Source: Candidatus Binatia bacterium
GTDB taxonomy: Bacteria; Desulfobacterota; Binatia; HRBIN30
Assembly (NCBI GenBank): GCA_038245295.1
Contig: JBBRSP010000002.1
Span: 32,001 to 96,000, forward strand
Length of the DNA: 64,000 nt
Direction: 5' to 3'
This document shows, one piece after another, positions 10,087-19,568 of this stretch (position 1 is the stretch's first letter; each line of letters begins with the position of its first letter). The notes under the pieces are model-generated. The model was not told the origin of the DNA. It saw only the letters and a list, made by a program, of their open reading frames with translations, and searched no databases. A program made the position numbers and the translations under genes.

Positions 10087-10851
10087 ATGGGGCGAAACAA
10101 CGCATTGTTGCTGGTCCTGGCGATCGTGACACTCGCGGCGTTTGCACGGTTGCTGCCGTATACGCCGCGCCTTTTGGGCTACGATACCACAGCGCCGACG
10201 GTTGCTTCCGCGCCGCTGGTCGCGCGTGCCCCGGTAAGCCTTCGTTCTCCGTCGACAATTCCGTCGCGTCTCGGCGAGCGTCCTCTCACACTCGTCGCCG
10301 CTGGCTTACTCGCCGAGCTCGGATTGCTGGGCTTCATCCTTTATAGCTTGGCGCGCTCCTCACATGTCGGGACGACGTTCGCCGCGTTAGCGGGATATCG
10401 ACGCAATCTGGCGGCGATCCTGTTGGTGTGTACGGGGGTCGGCTTTGTCGCCGGAGTTCCCGAGTGGACCTTTCCTTTTATTCCGTGGCGTATGTTCTCC
10501 GGGGCTCCGGCCGGCGAGCCGGTTGTCGATTGGGTGGTGGGCACGACCGAAGACGGGCGACGCGTACGCATCGATCTTGTGTCCGCCCTCGCCGGACTCG
10601 GACATACCCGTGGCAGAGAAGCGGTGCTGGATCGGATCGCCGCGGTAGTTGCGGCTGACGCGTCACAGCCCGCCAGTCGGCGCCTGGAGTTGGATAATCT
10701 CCTGCAGGCGGTGGCGCGCTTGCACACACGTCACACGGGTGTGGGATTGGTGCGCATTGGGGTCACGCGCCACGTCATGAACGCCGCGAGGCCGTTGACG
10801 ATGAGCCAGCTCTCTTTGGACCCGACGTGGGAAACCCAGGTTCGTCCATGA
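10087..10851 (+). CDS. Hypothetical membrane protein
   Basis: About 3 hydrophobic segments; WTFPFIPWRMFS resembles the FPFxxxxMFS motif of HTTM-partner proteins; ATGA overlap with next gene. Confidence 0.65.
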   Translation: MGRNNALLLVLAIVTLAAFARLLPYTPRLLGYDTTAPTVASAPLVARAPVSLRSPSTIPSRLGERPLTLVAAGLLAELGLLGFILYSLARSSHVGTTFAALAGYRRNLAAILLVCTGVGFVAGVPEWTFPFIPWRMFSGAPAGEPVVDWVVGTTEDGRRVRIDLVSALAGLGHTRGREAVLDRIAAVVAADASQPASRRLELDNLLQAVARLHTRHTGVGLVRIGVTRHVMNAARPLTMSQLSLDPTWETQVRP

Positions 10852-11711
10852 GCTCTGGCGCCCGGATCCAGCGCGGCGCCGTCGCCTTGGCAGCACTACG
10901 TATCTGGGTGTTCGGCCTATGGACGGTAAAACTGTTCGCCACGCCCGTTGGTGAGATCGGGTTGCTGCCGCGGGCGATGTTCGAACCCATCGGCCTGTTG
11001 CGGCTCTTTCCCGGCAGCCTCATGGATGTTGTGTTGGCGCAAACATTCCTCGATGTGGCGCGCCCCATCCTCATTGGGCTTTGTGTCGCGGTGGCCTTGG
11101 CGCTCCCCCCCTATCGGGTCCTCAGCGTAACAGCGGCCCTGGGGCTCACCTTGTGGCAGACTCTTTCGCGTTCCGTTGGTGTCGTGAACCACCCCGAGGT
11201 GACCTTGCTGCTGGCGACCTATGCCATCGTGATCTTTCCGGCGGCGGACCGACTGGCGCCGCTGCGGCGTCGCCTGTACGATGCGTCCACGTATGATGCG
11301 GGGGTTTTGGTCGCGGCACTGGTGGTACTGCTCCCGTATACCGCGTCGGCCGGCTACCGGATGGCCCATCACGCGTGGGCGACGCTGCACAGTCAGATCG
11401 CCCCCGACCTGCTGCTACGCCAAGGTTTTGGCAATGGTGTTGCGTGGTTTGCCGAGGTTGCCCTGACGCATCCCCTGGTGGCAGCCTTCATCAACCTCGG
11501 TGCCGTCGTCACCACGTTGATCGAGTTCGCGGCGCCGCTGGCGATTGTCCATCGTCGCCTGCGGTGGCCTATCGCCACGTTCATGGTGACGTTTCACGTT
11601 CTCATGTATTTGCTGATACGCGTGATGTTTTGGGAAACGGCGCTTCTCGTACCGGCCGTCCTGCTGGCGGTCCAGATGACCGAGTGTTCAGAGGGTACGA
11701 CTCAGTCATGA
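10848..11711 (+). CDS. HTTM-like multi-pass membrane protein
   Basis: About 7 TM helices; GVVNH, TTLIEFAAPL, FH...YLLIRVMFW resemble HTTM domains. Confidence 0.65.
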   Translation: MSSGARIQRGAVALAALRIWVFGLWTVKLFATPVGEIGLLPRAMFEPIGLLRLFPGSLMDVVLAQTFLDVARPILIGLCVAVALALPPYRVLSVTAALGLTLWQTLSRSVGVVNHPEVTLLLATYAIVIFPAADRLAPLRRRLYDASTYDAGVLVAALVVLLPYTASAGYRMAHHAWATLHSQIAPDLLLRQGFGNGVAWFAEVALTHPLVAAFINLGAVVTTLIEFAAPLAIVHRRLRWPIATFMVTFHVLMYLLIRVMFWETALLVPAVLLAVQMTECSEGTTQS

Positions 11712-12931
11712 AGGTCACACTGGTCAACGCGCTCTACTACCCGCACGAATACGGCGGTGCGGAGCGCTCCGTTCGTGTGCTGGCAGAAGCCCTCGTGAGA
11801 CTGGGCATCGACGCGTCGGTAGTGACGATTCGACGCAGCGGCGAAGCGCGGAACACGACACACAACGGAGTGCGCGTCGTGCGCCTCGATTCGCGCCGTA
11901 GGTTGCCCTCACCCTATGCCGACCGGCGTGCACCCTGGCTGGCGCGAAAGCTCTGGCATCTCGTCGATCTCTACGACCCGGTGATGCGCCGCCGCATGCA
12001 GAACGTGTTGCGCGACGAGGCCCCGGATATCGTCCATACGAACAATCTGCAGTCGTTCTCCATCAGTGTGTGGAGTGCCGCCGCGACGCTCGGCGTGCCG
12101 ATCGTCCACACGTTGCGCGACTATTATCTTGCCTGTGCGCGGGCGACGCGCTTCCGTGAGACAAGCCCTTGCCCAACCACGTGCGCCGAGTGTCAGCTGT
12201 TCTGTGCGACGCGGCGTCGCGCCGCCGAACAGGTCGAGAGCGTCGTTGGCAACAGCAGTTTCATCCTCCAGAAGCACCTGCAAATTGGGTTTTTCAGCGG
12301 CGCGAACACCCGGACACAAATCCCGTCTGCTTGCGATCTCGACATTCCGGAGCTGCCGGCGGAGCAGCGTTCGACACCGCTGATCTTCGGCTACCTCGGG
12401 CGTCTCGAATCCATCAAGGGCATCGGCGAGTTGCTGACGGCTTTCGGAGAGCGTCGTGACCACACGTGGAGACTCGTGGTGGCGGGAAACGCCCAGGATG
12501 CCGGTCCGTGGCAGCGGCAGCGCAGTACGTTGCCGGCGGCGCAACAAATCGACATCGTCGGCGAAGTCGATGCCCGCGAATTCCTCGCACGGATCGATGT
12601 ACTGGTGGTGCCATCCCTATGGGACGAGCCGTTGCCGCGCTCGATTCTCGAAGCAAAGGCGTTCGGCATTCCGGTACTGGCCTCGAATCGTGGCGGGATT
12701 CCGGAAGTAGTTGCGCATAACCAGACGGGACTGCTTTTTGATCCGGCAACCGGCGGTGCGTTCGAGGCCGCGATCGAACGGTTGATTTCTGAACCAAGCC
12801 TACTCGCCCGGCTGCGCCAGACAGCGCGTGCGTGCCGTTACGACTGGTCGCCGGCACAAAGTGCCGCGGCCTATGTTGACGTCTACCGCGCTACGTTGAA
12901 GCAACGGCCCGCGCCGTCAAGAGCGCGTTGA
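11708..12931 (+). CDS. Glycosyltransferase family 4
   Basis: YYPHEYGGAERS, PDIVHTNN, VHTLRDY, GYLGRLESIKG, VPSLWDEPLPRSILEA, SNRGGIPE. Confidence 0.92.
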   Translation: MKVTLVNALYYPHEYGGAERSVRVLAEALVRLGIDASVVTIRRSGEARNTTHNGVRVVRLDSRRRLPSPYADRRAPWLARKLWHLVDLYDPVMRRRMQNVLRDEAPDIVHTNNLQSFSISVWSAAATLGVPIVHTLRDYYLACARATRFRETSPCPTTCAECQLFCATRRRAAEQVESVVGNSSFILQKHLQIGFFSGANTRTQIPSACDLDIPELPAEQRSTPLIFGYLGRLESIKGIGELLTAFGERRDHTWRLVVAGNAQDAGPWQRQRSTLPAAQQIDIVGEVDAREFLARIDVLVVPSLWDEPLPRSILEAKAFGIPVLASNRGGIPEVVAHNQTGLLFDPATGGAFEAAIERLISEPSLLARLRQTARACRYDWSPAQSAAAYVDVYRATLKQRPAPSRAR

Positions 12932-14423
12932 TCACCTGACCGTCGACATCGTCGAGGCGAACACCCAGCCATGCAGCCATGGTCGGAGCCAAGTCATAAA
13001 CGGAGACCGGTTGCGACATCGCCCCGGGGCGAATTCCGGCACCACGCGCCAGGAACATACTCGTCGGGCGGTGATCGCCGGAGCGCCCCTCGACGATCGG
13101 CACTCTGATTTCCGCGATGCTGGGCGAACGTATGACGCGCGGCGCACGAGGACCACGGCGCCACTCGACGAACACGTCGGGCATCTCGTCGATGAAGGGA
13201 CCGGTGTAGGCTTCGTGTGTCAGCACGACATCACTGACGATCGCCTCGCCCGTGTCGGCGTCGACGAGAGCCAGGAACTCCTCGCGGAGACGAAGGCAGA
13301 CGTCGTGATACTGCGTGTGTGGCACGATACCGTGCTTTTCGCGGCCTTCGAGGTTGATCCGGATCGCACCGCTGTGCGGATTGTTCGGGACAGCGAAGAA
13401 ACTCCGATTGGCTCTTCCAGGAACGAGCAGCGAGCTTTGCAAGGCCGGGGTGAGCCGACGACGCAGACGACGTAACGCGGCAGCGTGGCGGATCGAGGCC
13501 GGCAACGCGTGCCAGAACCGCTTGAGTCTCCCGTACGCCTCGCTGCGCGGCGCGCTGGCCGCGCGATCGAGGCGCTGCAGAACCTCGTCAAAGATAATCG
13601 GCTCGCCGTAGAGGGGGCCGATGCCGTGGCTCAGGTACGCCAAGACGAGACAGTCGTCGCCGACTTCCGACAACAGCTCCGCGAGTGTCTTGTCGATCAT
13701 CGCGTATACCTGCAACAGCGGATCACCCAGACGTGCGGCAGCGGCGGCATCGTAGCGCGGGTGTGCGGCATCGTGCAGGAACCAGGCCTGGTGCCCGGCG
13801 CAGTGTGCGGCGGAGAGAACAACCGTCAGCAGATCCCACGACTCGGCCGCGAGACAATAGAGCGCCACATCGCGCTGGTACTCTAGATGGCGCCGCGTGT
13901 CGGCGAGGAACCTTTGCATCCCGGTGATATCGTGTCCGGTGTCGTAGCAGTGATCCCTGACCGGCGTGCCAAAACGTTGGATCAACTCCTCGCCGAACGA
14001 CGGCGGTACGGCTGTTGGTACGTCCTCCGCGTCGTGACAACTCCAGTCGCACAATTGCCAACCGTTCAGATCGCGGATCGGGTGCGAGTGTGGGACATCG
14101 AGCACGGCGAGCCGGCGTCCGGCGCGGCTGAGAGCCTCCCAAAACGCCGGAAAGGCCATCGCGCTTGGCAGAAACGTCTGATCCGCATACTCGCCAAGCG
14201 GCACCTGCTGGCGAAAGACACGCCGATGCCGGGCGGGTGAAACACCCGTCTGGAATGAAGGCCAGGTGCTACCGGCGCAGAGTGCCGGGGGGCTGATGAC
14301 CGATCCGTGGAGCGAGGTCTGCAGCAGCCGCTCGAACGTCGGAAGGTGGCCAGCCGCGATCCATTCGCGCATCAAATCAGCGTCGAAGGAGTCGAGACCG
14401 ATGCAGAGGACCCGCGCGCTCAT
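12891..14423 (-). CDS. Alkaline phosphatase superfamily (nucleotide pyrophosphatase/phosphodiesterase-like) protein
   Basis: VLCIGLDS, WPSFQTGVSPARH, HCAGH, LSHG, SGDH, VYDLAPT. Confidence 0.85.
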   Translation of the reverse strand: MSARVLCIGLDSFDADLMREWIAAGHLPTFERLLQTSLHGSVISPPALCAGSTWPSFQTGVSPARHRRVFRQQVPLGEYADQTFLPSAMAFPAFWEALSRAGRRLAVLDVPHSHPIRDLNGWQLCDWSCHDAEDVPTAVPPSFGEELIQRFGTPVRDHCYDTGHDITGMQRFLADTRRHLEYQRDVALYCLAAESWDLLTVVLSAAHCAGHQAWFLHDAAHPRYDAAAAARLGDPLLQVYAMIDKTLAELLSEVGDDCLVLAYLSHGIGPLYGEPIIFDEVLQRLDRAASAPRSEAYGRLKRFWHALPASIRHAAALRRLRRRLTPALQSSLLVPGRANRSFFAVPNNPHSGAIRINLEGREKHGIVPHTQYHDVCLRLREEFLALVDADTGEAIVSDVVLTHEAYTGPFIDEMPDVFVEWRRGPRAPRVIRSPSIAEIRVPIVEGRSGDHRPTSMFLARGAGIRPGAMSQPVSVYDLAPTMAAWLGVRLDDVDGQVINALLTARAVAST

Positions 14424-14542
14424 GCCGTCGGCTCCTAGCTTGGGCAAACCGTCGACGCACGCCAGCCGCTCGGTCGCGAGGCGACGTTTTGGTCAATCGC
14501 CACACTCGTGGAGCGCCTCTTGCGCCACGCGTCGCACCCCGT

Positions 14543-15436
14543 ATGGTACGCGACGTGAGTGTCGAACCCAAATATCTCGGAACCGTCCCGCCCGAACGTC
14601 GGTGGAATTTCTTGTCGTTCGGACTGCGCCTGAACATTCTCGAATGGGGTGATCCACAGGCCGAGCCGCTCGTAATGACACACGGCATGTGGGACCACGC
14701 GCGCAGCTTTGCCGGCTTTGCGCCGCTGTTGGCAGAACAGTTCCGTGTTGTCGCGCTCGATGCACGCGGCCACGGTGATTCCGAGTGGGCCGACAATTAC
14801 AGCTGGTTCGTCGACGTGATGGATCTCGTCGGCCTGATGCGTTCCTTCGGCAAACCGGTGTTCCTGCTGGGTCACAGCAAGGGGGGCGGACAGGCGACCG
14901 ACGCGGCACGTCTGGCACCCGAGTGTGTGAAGCGCCTGATCAACATCGACGGCTTTGGTCCGCCCGAAATGGATGATCTCCGCTCGCCGCCGCTGATCAT
15001 GGCCGACGTCCTCGATCGGCGCCGCAAGATGCGTTCGAGCTGGCGGCGTTACGCCAACCTCGATGAGCTCGCCGAACGGCGCAACGCGCAGAACCCGCGG
15101 CTGACATCCGAATGGCTGCGCTACTTCTCGTTTCATGGCGCCACCTGCAATGAGGAAGGTTGGACCTGGAAGTCCGATCCCAACATGGCGGTTGGCTACG
15201 GTCCGTGGCGCCCCGATTGGATCGGACCATCGTACGCCTTCGTGTCCATGCCGATGCTGGCCATCATCGGCAGTGAAGAAGACACGTGGGGCCCGTTGCC
15301 GCCGGCGATTCTCGAGGAGCGACTGAGTCGCATTCCCAACCTGATACGCTACACCGTACCCGGTGCCGGACATTTCGTTCACATTGAGCAACCCCACGCG
15401 ACGGCCGACGTCGTGATGGATTTCTTGAGGCAGTGA
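14543..15436 (+). CDS. Alpha/beta hydrolase
   Basis: HGMWDH, DARGHGDS, GHSKGG nucleophile elbow, GAGHFVH. Start uncertain (14489/14543/14555). Confidence 0.9.
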   Translation: MVRDVSVEPKYLGTVPPERRWNFLSFGLRLNILEWGDPQAEPLVMTHGMWDHARSFAGFAPLLAEQFRVVALDARGHGDSEWADNYSWFVDVMDLVGLMRSFGKPVFLLGHSKGGGQATDAARLAPECVKRLINIDGFGPPEMDDLRSPPLIMADVLDRRRKMRSSWRRYANLDELAERRNAQNPRLTSEWLRYFSFHGATCNEEGWTWKSDPNMAVGYGPWRPDWIGPSYAFVSMPMLAIIGSEEDTWGPLPPAILEERLSRIPNLIRYTVPGAGHFVHIEQPHATADVVMDFLRQ

Positions 15437-16107
15437 TGGTCATCCGTTGCGGTCGACTCGATCTCGAAGTGCATACCCTGGCCGAGCGCCCGGGCACACC
15501 GTTGTTACTCCTGCATGGACTGTTCGGCTCGAGTGCCGACTGGGGTGACATCGCCTCTACCTGGCCGGGACCGGTGCGCGGCCTCGACTTCGCTGGTCAT
15601 GGCGGCTCGGCGTGGACCAAGGGCGGCGCCTACTATCCGGAATTGTTCGTGGCCGACGCCGATGCGGTGCTCGGCCGTCTGGGATCCGCCTATGTCGCCG
15701 GAGCTGGCCTGGGCGCCTATGTGGCGCTGCTCCTGGCCGGCGCGCGACCGAACGCCGTGCCGGCCGCATTACTGCTTCCAGGCAACGGCCTCGACGGCGG
15801 CGGTGCGGCGCCGAATTGGGCGCGCGGCAGCGAGTATCTTCTGCAAGCGTCGTCGACAGAGCCGGCAACCGGTTACGATCCGATGGTGCGCACGCTCGGC
15901 GGCGATCCACGTCCCCCCGATTACGCTCGCGCGTATGCAGACGCGGCGAGTAACTTGTTGCTCGTCGAAGATGGCTCGGCGCGTCCGCCCTGGTGGGAAG
16001 CCGTGAGCCAGAGCAGCAAGGCACGAATCATCAACGGCAACAGCAGCGAAGCGCTGACCCTGCTGGCGGATTTGCCCGGCGCCAGTCAGCCTGCTTCTGC
16101 CGCCTGA
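15433..16107 (+). CDS. Alpha/beta hydrolase-fold protein lacking catalytic Ser
   Basis: LLHGLFGSS, DFAGHGGS, but GAGLG at the elbow; short C-terminus; GTGA overlap with upstream gene. Confidence 0.8.
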   Translation: MMVIRCGRLDLEVHTLAERPGTPLLLLHGLFGSSADWGDIASTWPGPVRGLDFAGHGGSAWTKGGAYYPELFVADADAVLGRLGSAYVAGAGLGAYVALLLAGARPNAVPAALLLPGNGLDGGGAAPNWARGSEYLLQASSTEPATGYDPMVRTLGGDPRPPDYARAYADAASNLLLVEDGSARPPWWEAVSQSSKARIINGNSSEALTLLADLPGASQPASAA

Positions 16108-16144
16108 GCGCATCACGGGCCGCCGTCGAAGACACCTGGAGCGG

Positions 16145-16281
16145 GCTTCGAGACGGCCCGCGTAGAGCGTACCTCCCGAGCGGGCCTCCTCAGTCCGAAC
16201 GGGGTGCGTGATTCCGAGAGCTGTTCCGTTCGCGCTGAGGAGGCACCTCCTGAGGAAGACGAGCGTGTGCCGTCTCGAAGC
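16145..16281. repeat. REP-like nested inverted repeat (CTTCGAGACG / CCTCCTCAG family)
   Basis: GCTTCGAGACGGC 16145-16157 pairs with 16269-16281; GCCTCCTCAG 16184-16193 pairs with 16235-16244. Confidence 0.7.
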
Positions 16282-16342
16282 GCTACCGAATGGAAACTCA
16301 ACCGTCCCGAAAGCCGGCATCTCGTCAACGAGAGGACACCCG

Positions 16343-17110
16343 ATGACACGACGTTCACTGTTCACCATCGCCCTACTGGGCATCTTGGGAACCGGCCGCC
16401 TGGCCAACGCACAGCAGTGTCCGGGAGACCTGAACGGTGACAACGAGGTGACCATCGACGAGGTCATCGTCGCTATCAACAGCGCGCTGAACGGCTGCTC
16501 GGCGCCGGCCGCGACGCCGACACCATCGCCGACGGTTACGCTGCGTCCGTCGACAACGCGCACGGCGACGGTGACACGAACACCGACCGCAACACGCACC
16601 GCGACGACCGCCGTCACCCCAACACCGACGACGCGTTTCCGCGACAACGGCAACGGCACGATCACCGATACCAGCAACGGCCTGGTGTGGCAGAAGCAAA
16701 GCGACGACGGCGGCCTGCTCGACAAGGACGTGCGCTACGGCTGGACCGCCAGCGGCAGCACGGCACCCATCGGCACCATATTCAGCACCTTGCTGCCGGC
16801 GCTGAACGCGAGTCGCTTCGGCGGCTACAACGACTGGCGCTTACCGAGCGTCGACGAGCTACAGACCCTGGTGTCACGTAGCGGCGTTGGTCCGGGGGCG
16901 CCGTTGGTTCCACCCGAGTTCAACAAAAACTGCCTGCCCGGTTGCAGCGTCACGCAGTGCAGCTGCACCACGGCGCTCAACTATTGGACCGCGACGCCGA
17001 ACCCGGCCTACGACCAGCAGGCCTGGTACGTGTTGTTCAATACCGGCAACAGCGGTGTCGGGTTCAAGACGCTCGAGTTCTATGCCCGCGCGGTGCGCGG
17101 CGGCGGTTGA
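16343..17110 (+). CDS. Secreted DUF1566 (Lcl-like) protein with dockerin-like module and Pro/Thr linker
   Basis: Signal peptide; CPGDLNGDNEVTIDEVIVAINSALNGC; TPT linker; RFRDNGNGTITDTSNGLVWQ, GGYNDWRLPSVDEL, RAVRGG. Confidence 0.88.
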   Translation: MTRRSLFTIALLGILGTGRLANAQQCPGDLNGDNEVTIDEVIVAINSALNGCSAPAATPTPSPTVTLRPSTTRTATVTRTPTATRTATTAVTPTPTTRFRDNGNGTITDTSNGLVWQKQSDDGGLLDKDVRYGWTASGSTAPIGTIFSTLLPALNASRFGGYNDWRLPSVDELQTLVSRSGVGPGAPLVPPEFNKNCLPGCSVTQCSCTTALNYWTATPNPAYDQQAWYVLFNTGNSGVGFKTLEFYARAVRGGG

Positions 17111-17275
17111 CGCCCCGCGATCCACAACCGATCCCTTGAAGACCGGGCACTCGGGCGCAGACCCAAACTCGGCCGGGTGCGCCTCGTGTCCGAAACCTTG
17201 GAAGAAGCGCGCCACGCGATTCCTACGGGCCGGAGCGCCGCCCAGCGTCGAGTCGAACTTGCCGCCGCGCGTGCG

Positions 17276-17291
17276 TGGCAGGATTCGTGCT
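17276..17291 (+). promoter_or_regulatory. Putative sigma54 -24/-12 promoter for the cyc2-like gene
   Basis: TGGCAGGATTCGTGCT = GG-N10-GC in TGGCA...TGCT context, ~180 bp upstream of the ATG. Confidence 0.45.
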
Positions 17292-17472
17292 CACGACATA
17301 TCCAGCTGGTAGGCGGTGAAGAATCTTCATTGCCGCTGAGCGACAATCGCTGTAACAACCGTCTACCAGTACACGTTCAGCATCTGACCGAGGATAGGCT
17401 CAACATCGTTGCGACGCCGGTATGCAGGCGCCGCCTCCACGTGGACCCGTGCGCGGGACAAAGGAGAGTGTC

Positions 17473-18894
17473 ATGGCCGAGTGTTTCAGATGCAACACCG
17501 CGGGGGAAAGCTCGCGGACCTTCCCGTATTGGAGGCAGCATCGGTCTCTCTGGCTCACGGTGGCTGTCGCGGTCGCGATAGTGTGCATCCGTGTCGACCA
17601 AGGAAATGCCTTGCCGACCTTCGCGCGGCAGACTGGTCTCGCTTGCTCCGCCTGCCACAACAACTTTCCGGAGCTCACGGCCATGGGCCGGACGTTCAAG
17701 GCACACGGGTATACGACGCTCGCGGTGCAGGACGCCCTGGAAGAGAAGGGCACCGACAAGCAGGCTCCTCTCTACATCAACCGCACATTCCCGCTGTCGG
17801 TAATGTTCCAGACCTCGTTTACGCGGACCAACGACAAGCAGCCTTCGACGCAGAACAACGACGTCGAGTTTCCGCAGCAACTAAGCATCTTCCTCGCCGG
17901 CGAGATCACCCCTCACATCGGGGCCTTTCTGCAAGCAACCTACAACGGCCAAGACGACAAATTCAGCCTCGACAACACCGACTTCCGCTTCTCTGACGAA
18001 ACGAAAGTCGCCGACCGCGAACTGCTCTACGGAGTCACACTCAACAACAACCCGACCGTGGAGGACCTGTGGCACACCACGGCGGCGTGGCGCTGGCCGT
18101 TCGCCAGCGCCGACTCGGCCCCGACGCCCGATGCGACGGCGCTTGTCGACGGCGTGCTGGCTCAGCAGGTCGCCGGCCTCGGCCTGTACGGCATGTGGGA
18201 CAAGCACCTCTACGCCGATGTTAGTCTTTACCGCTCGGCGCATATCGGATCGACGCAACCGCCGGGAGCCGACTCGACCTCGACCATCTCCGACGTTTCA
18301 CCCTATTGGCGTTTGGCGTGGCAGCAGAATTTTGGGCCGAACTATCTCGAAGTCGGGACCTTCGGCATGTTCTCGGCGCTCTATCCCACCGGCACTTCCG
18401 GCTCGACCGACAAGTACACCGATTTTGCGTTCGACACTCAATATGAACGGCCGCTGGGTTCGGATTCCATGTCGGCCCACGCGACCTACATCTATGAAAA
18501 CCAACAACTCGACGCGACGCACGGCGGTGGTGGCTCGGACAATCTAAATGACAAACTGCACACCTTTCGCGTGGATGGGGTTTACCATCTTCAATCACGC
18601 TTCACCTTCTCGCTTGGCGGTTTCCTCACCAGGGGCACCAACGATAAGCTGCTGCACGCTCCACCGTCTACCGCCCCCGGTGACCCCGCCGCGGTTACCG
18701 GTAGTATCAACGGTAGTCCCGACAACGATGGTGTGGTCGCCGAGATCGCCTACTACCCGTGGCAGAACGTGCGGTTCTCGACCCAGTACGTCGCGTACAC
18801 AGAGTTCAACGGTCGGGCAAACAACTACAACGGCACCGGTCGCAATGCCGTGGACAACAACACGCTCTACGTGCTGGCATGGCTGAACTACTAG
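17473..18894 (+). CDS. cyc2: Cyc2-like fused monoheme cytochrome c / outer-membrane porin
   Basis: After the signal peptide: ALPTFARQTGLACSACHNNFPELTAMGRTFKAHGY (PxFARQT, CxxCH, PxL, GRxFK); ~400 aa beta-rich remainder ending in aromatic WLNY; SD AAGGAG. Confidence 0.8.
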   Translation: MAECFRCNTAGESSRTFPYWRQHRSLWLTVAVAVAIVCIRVDQGNALPTFARQTGLACSACHNNFPELTAMGRTFKAHGYTTLAVQDALEEKGTDKQAPLYINRTFPLSVMFQTSFTRTNDKQPSTQNNDVEFPQQLSIFLAGEITPHIGAFLQATYNGQDDKFSLDNTDFRFSDETKVADRELLYGVTLNNNPTVEDLWHTTAAWRWPFASADSAPTPDATALVDGVLAQQVAGLGLYGMWDKHLYADVSLYRSAHIGSTQPPGADSTSTISDVSPYWRLAWQQNFGPNYLEVGTFGMFSALYPTGTSGSTDKYTDFAFDTQYERPLGSDSMSAHATYIYENQQLDATHGGGGSDNLNDKLHTFRVDGVYHLQSRFTFSLGGFLTRGTNDKLLHAPPSTAPGDPAAVTGSINGSPDNDGVVAEIAYYPWQNVRFSTQYVAYTEFNGRANNYNGTGRNAVDNNTLYVLAWLNY

Positions 18895-18917
18895 GCGAGC
18901 CAAGGAATCGAACCCTG

Positions 18918-19439
18918 GTGTCACGCACCAGGGGCCTGAGCGCTTCGTCGGCATCTCCTGCGGCACGATGGCGCGCCAAGACGCGACGGTACGCCGTCGG
19001 AATCGTTCTCTTGACGCCGCTCGTGTGCGTCCCCGTCGCGCATGCGCAAGGGGATGACGCCGATAGCCTGCGCCAGGAAGTCGGCGAGCTGAAGCGCACC
19101 GTCGAGCGCCTCGACGCCAAATTGCAACACCTCGAACAGCAGCCAACGCCTTCGCCACAAGGGCCGGCGGCGGAGAGCATCGGCGCGGCAACATCGGCGA
19201 GCGCAACCGCTACCCCGACGACAGAGGCGAGCGCACGACAGCGCTGGCGGCAAATCGAATACGGCATGAGCACAAGCGACATCAGCGCACTCCTTGGTCC
19301 GCCGCAACGAATCATGGAGATGAGTCCAAAACTCATCTGGTATTATTCGTATCCTGAAAGCGGCAACGCCTCCGTGGTCTTCACCGACGCGGGTGGCGTC
19401 ATCGATTGGCAAGCACCAGCGACCAACGCCTTTTGGTGA
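18918..19439 (+). CDS. Exported protein with coiled coil and SmpA/BamE-like C-terminal domain
   Basis: Signal ...VAHA/QGDD; LRQEVGELKRTVERLDAKL; IEYGMSTSDISALLGPP...WYYSY...VVF. Start uncertain. Confidence 0.65.
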   Translation: MSRTRGLSASSASPAARWRAKTRRYAVGIVLLTPLVCVPVAHAQGDDADSLRQEVGELKRTVERLDAKLQHLEQQPTPSPQGPAAESIGAATSASATATPTTEASARQRWRQIEYGMSTSDISALLGPPQRIMEMSPKLIWYYSYPESGNASVVFTDAGGVIDWQAPATNAFW

Positions 19440-19568
19440 GACCCGGAAGGCATCACATGACGGGCGATCGATGAAAACTTTGACTTGATGGGAATTGCGG
19501 GCGGACTGTCCGTCGACGCCGCTGCCGACCAGACGGTTTCGCGCCGCAAGCGAACAAAGGAGACTGCG

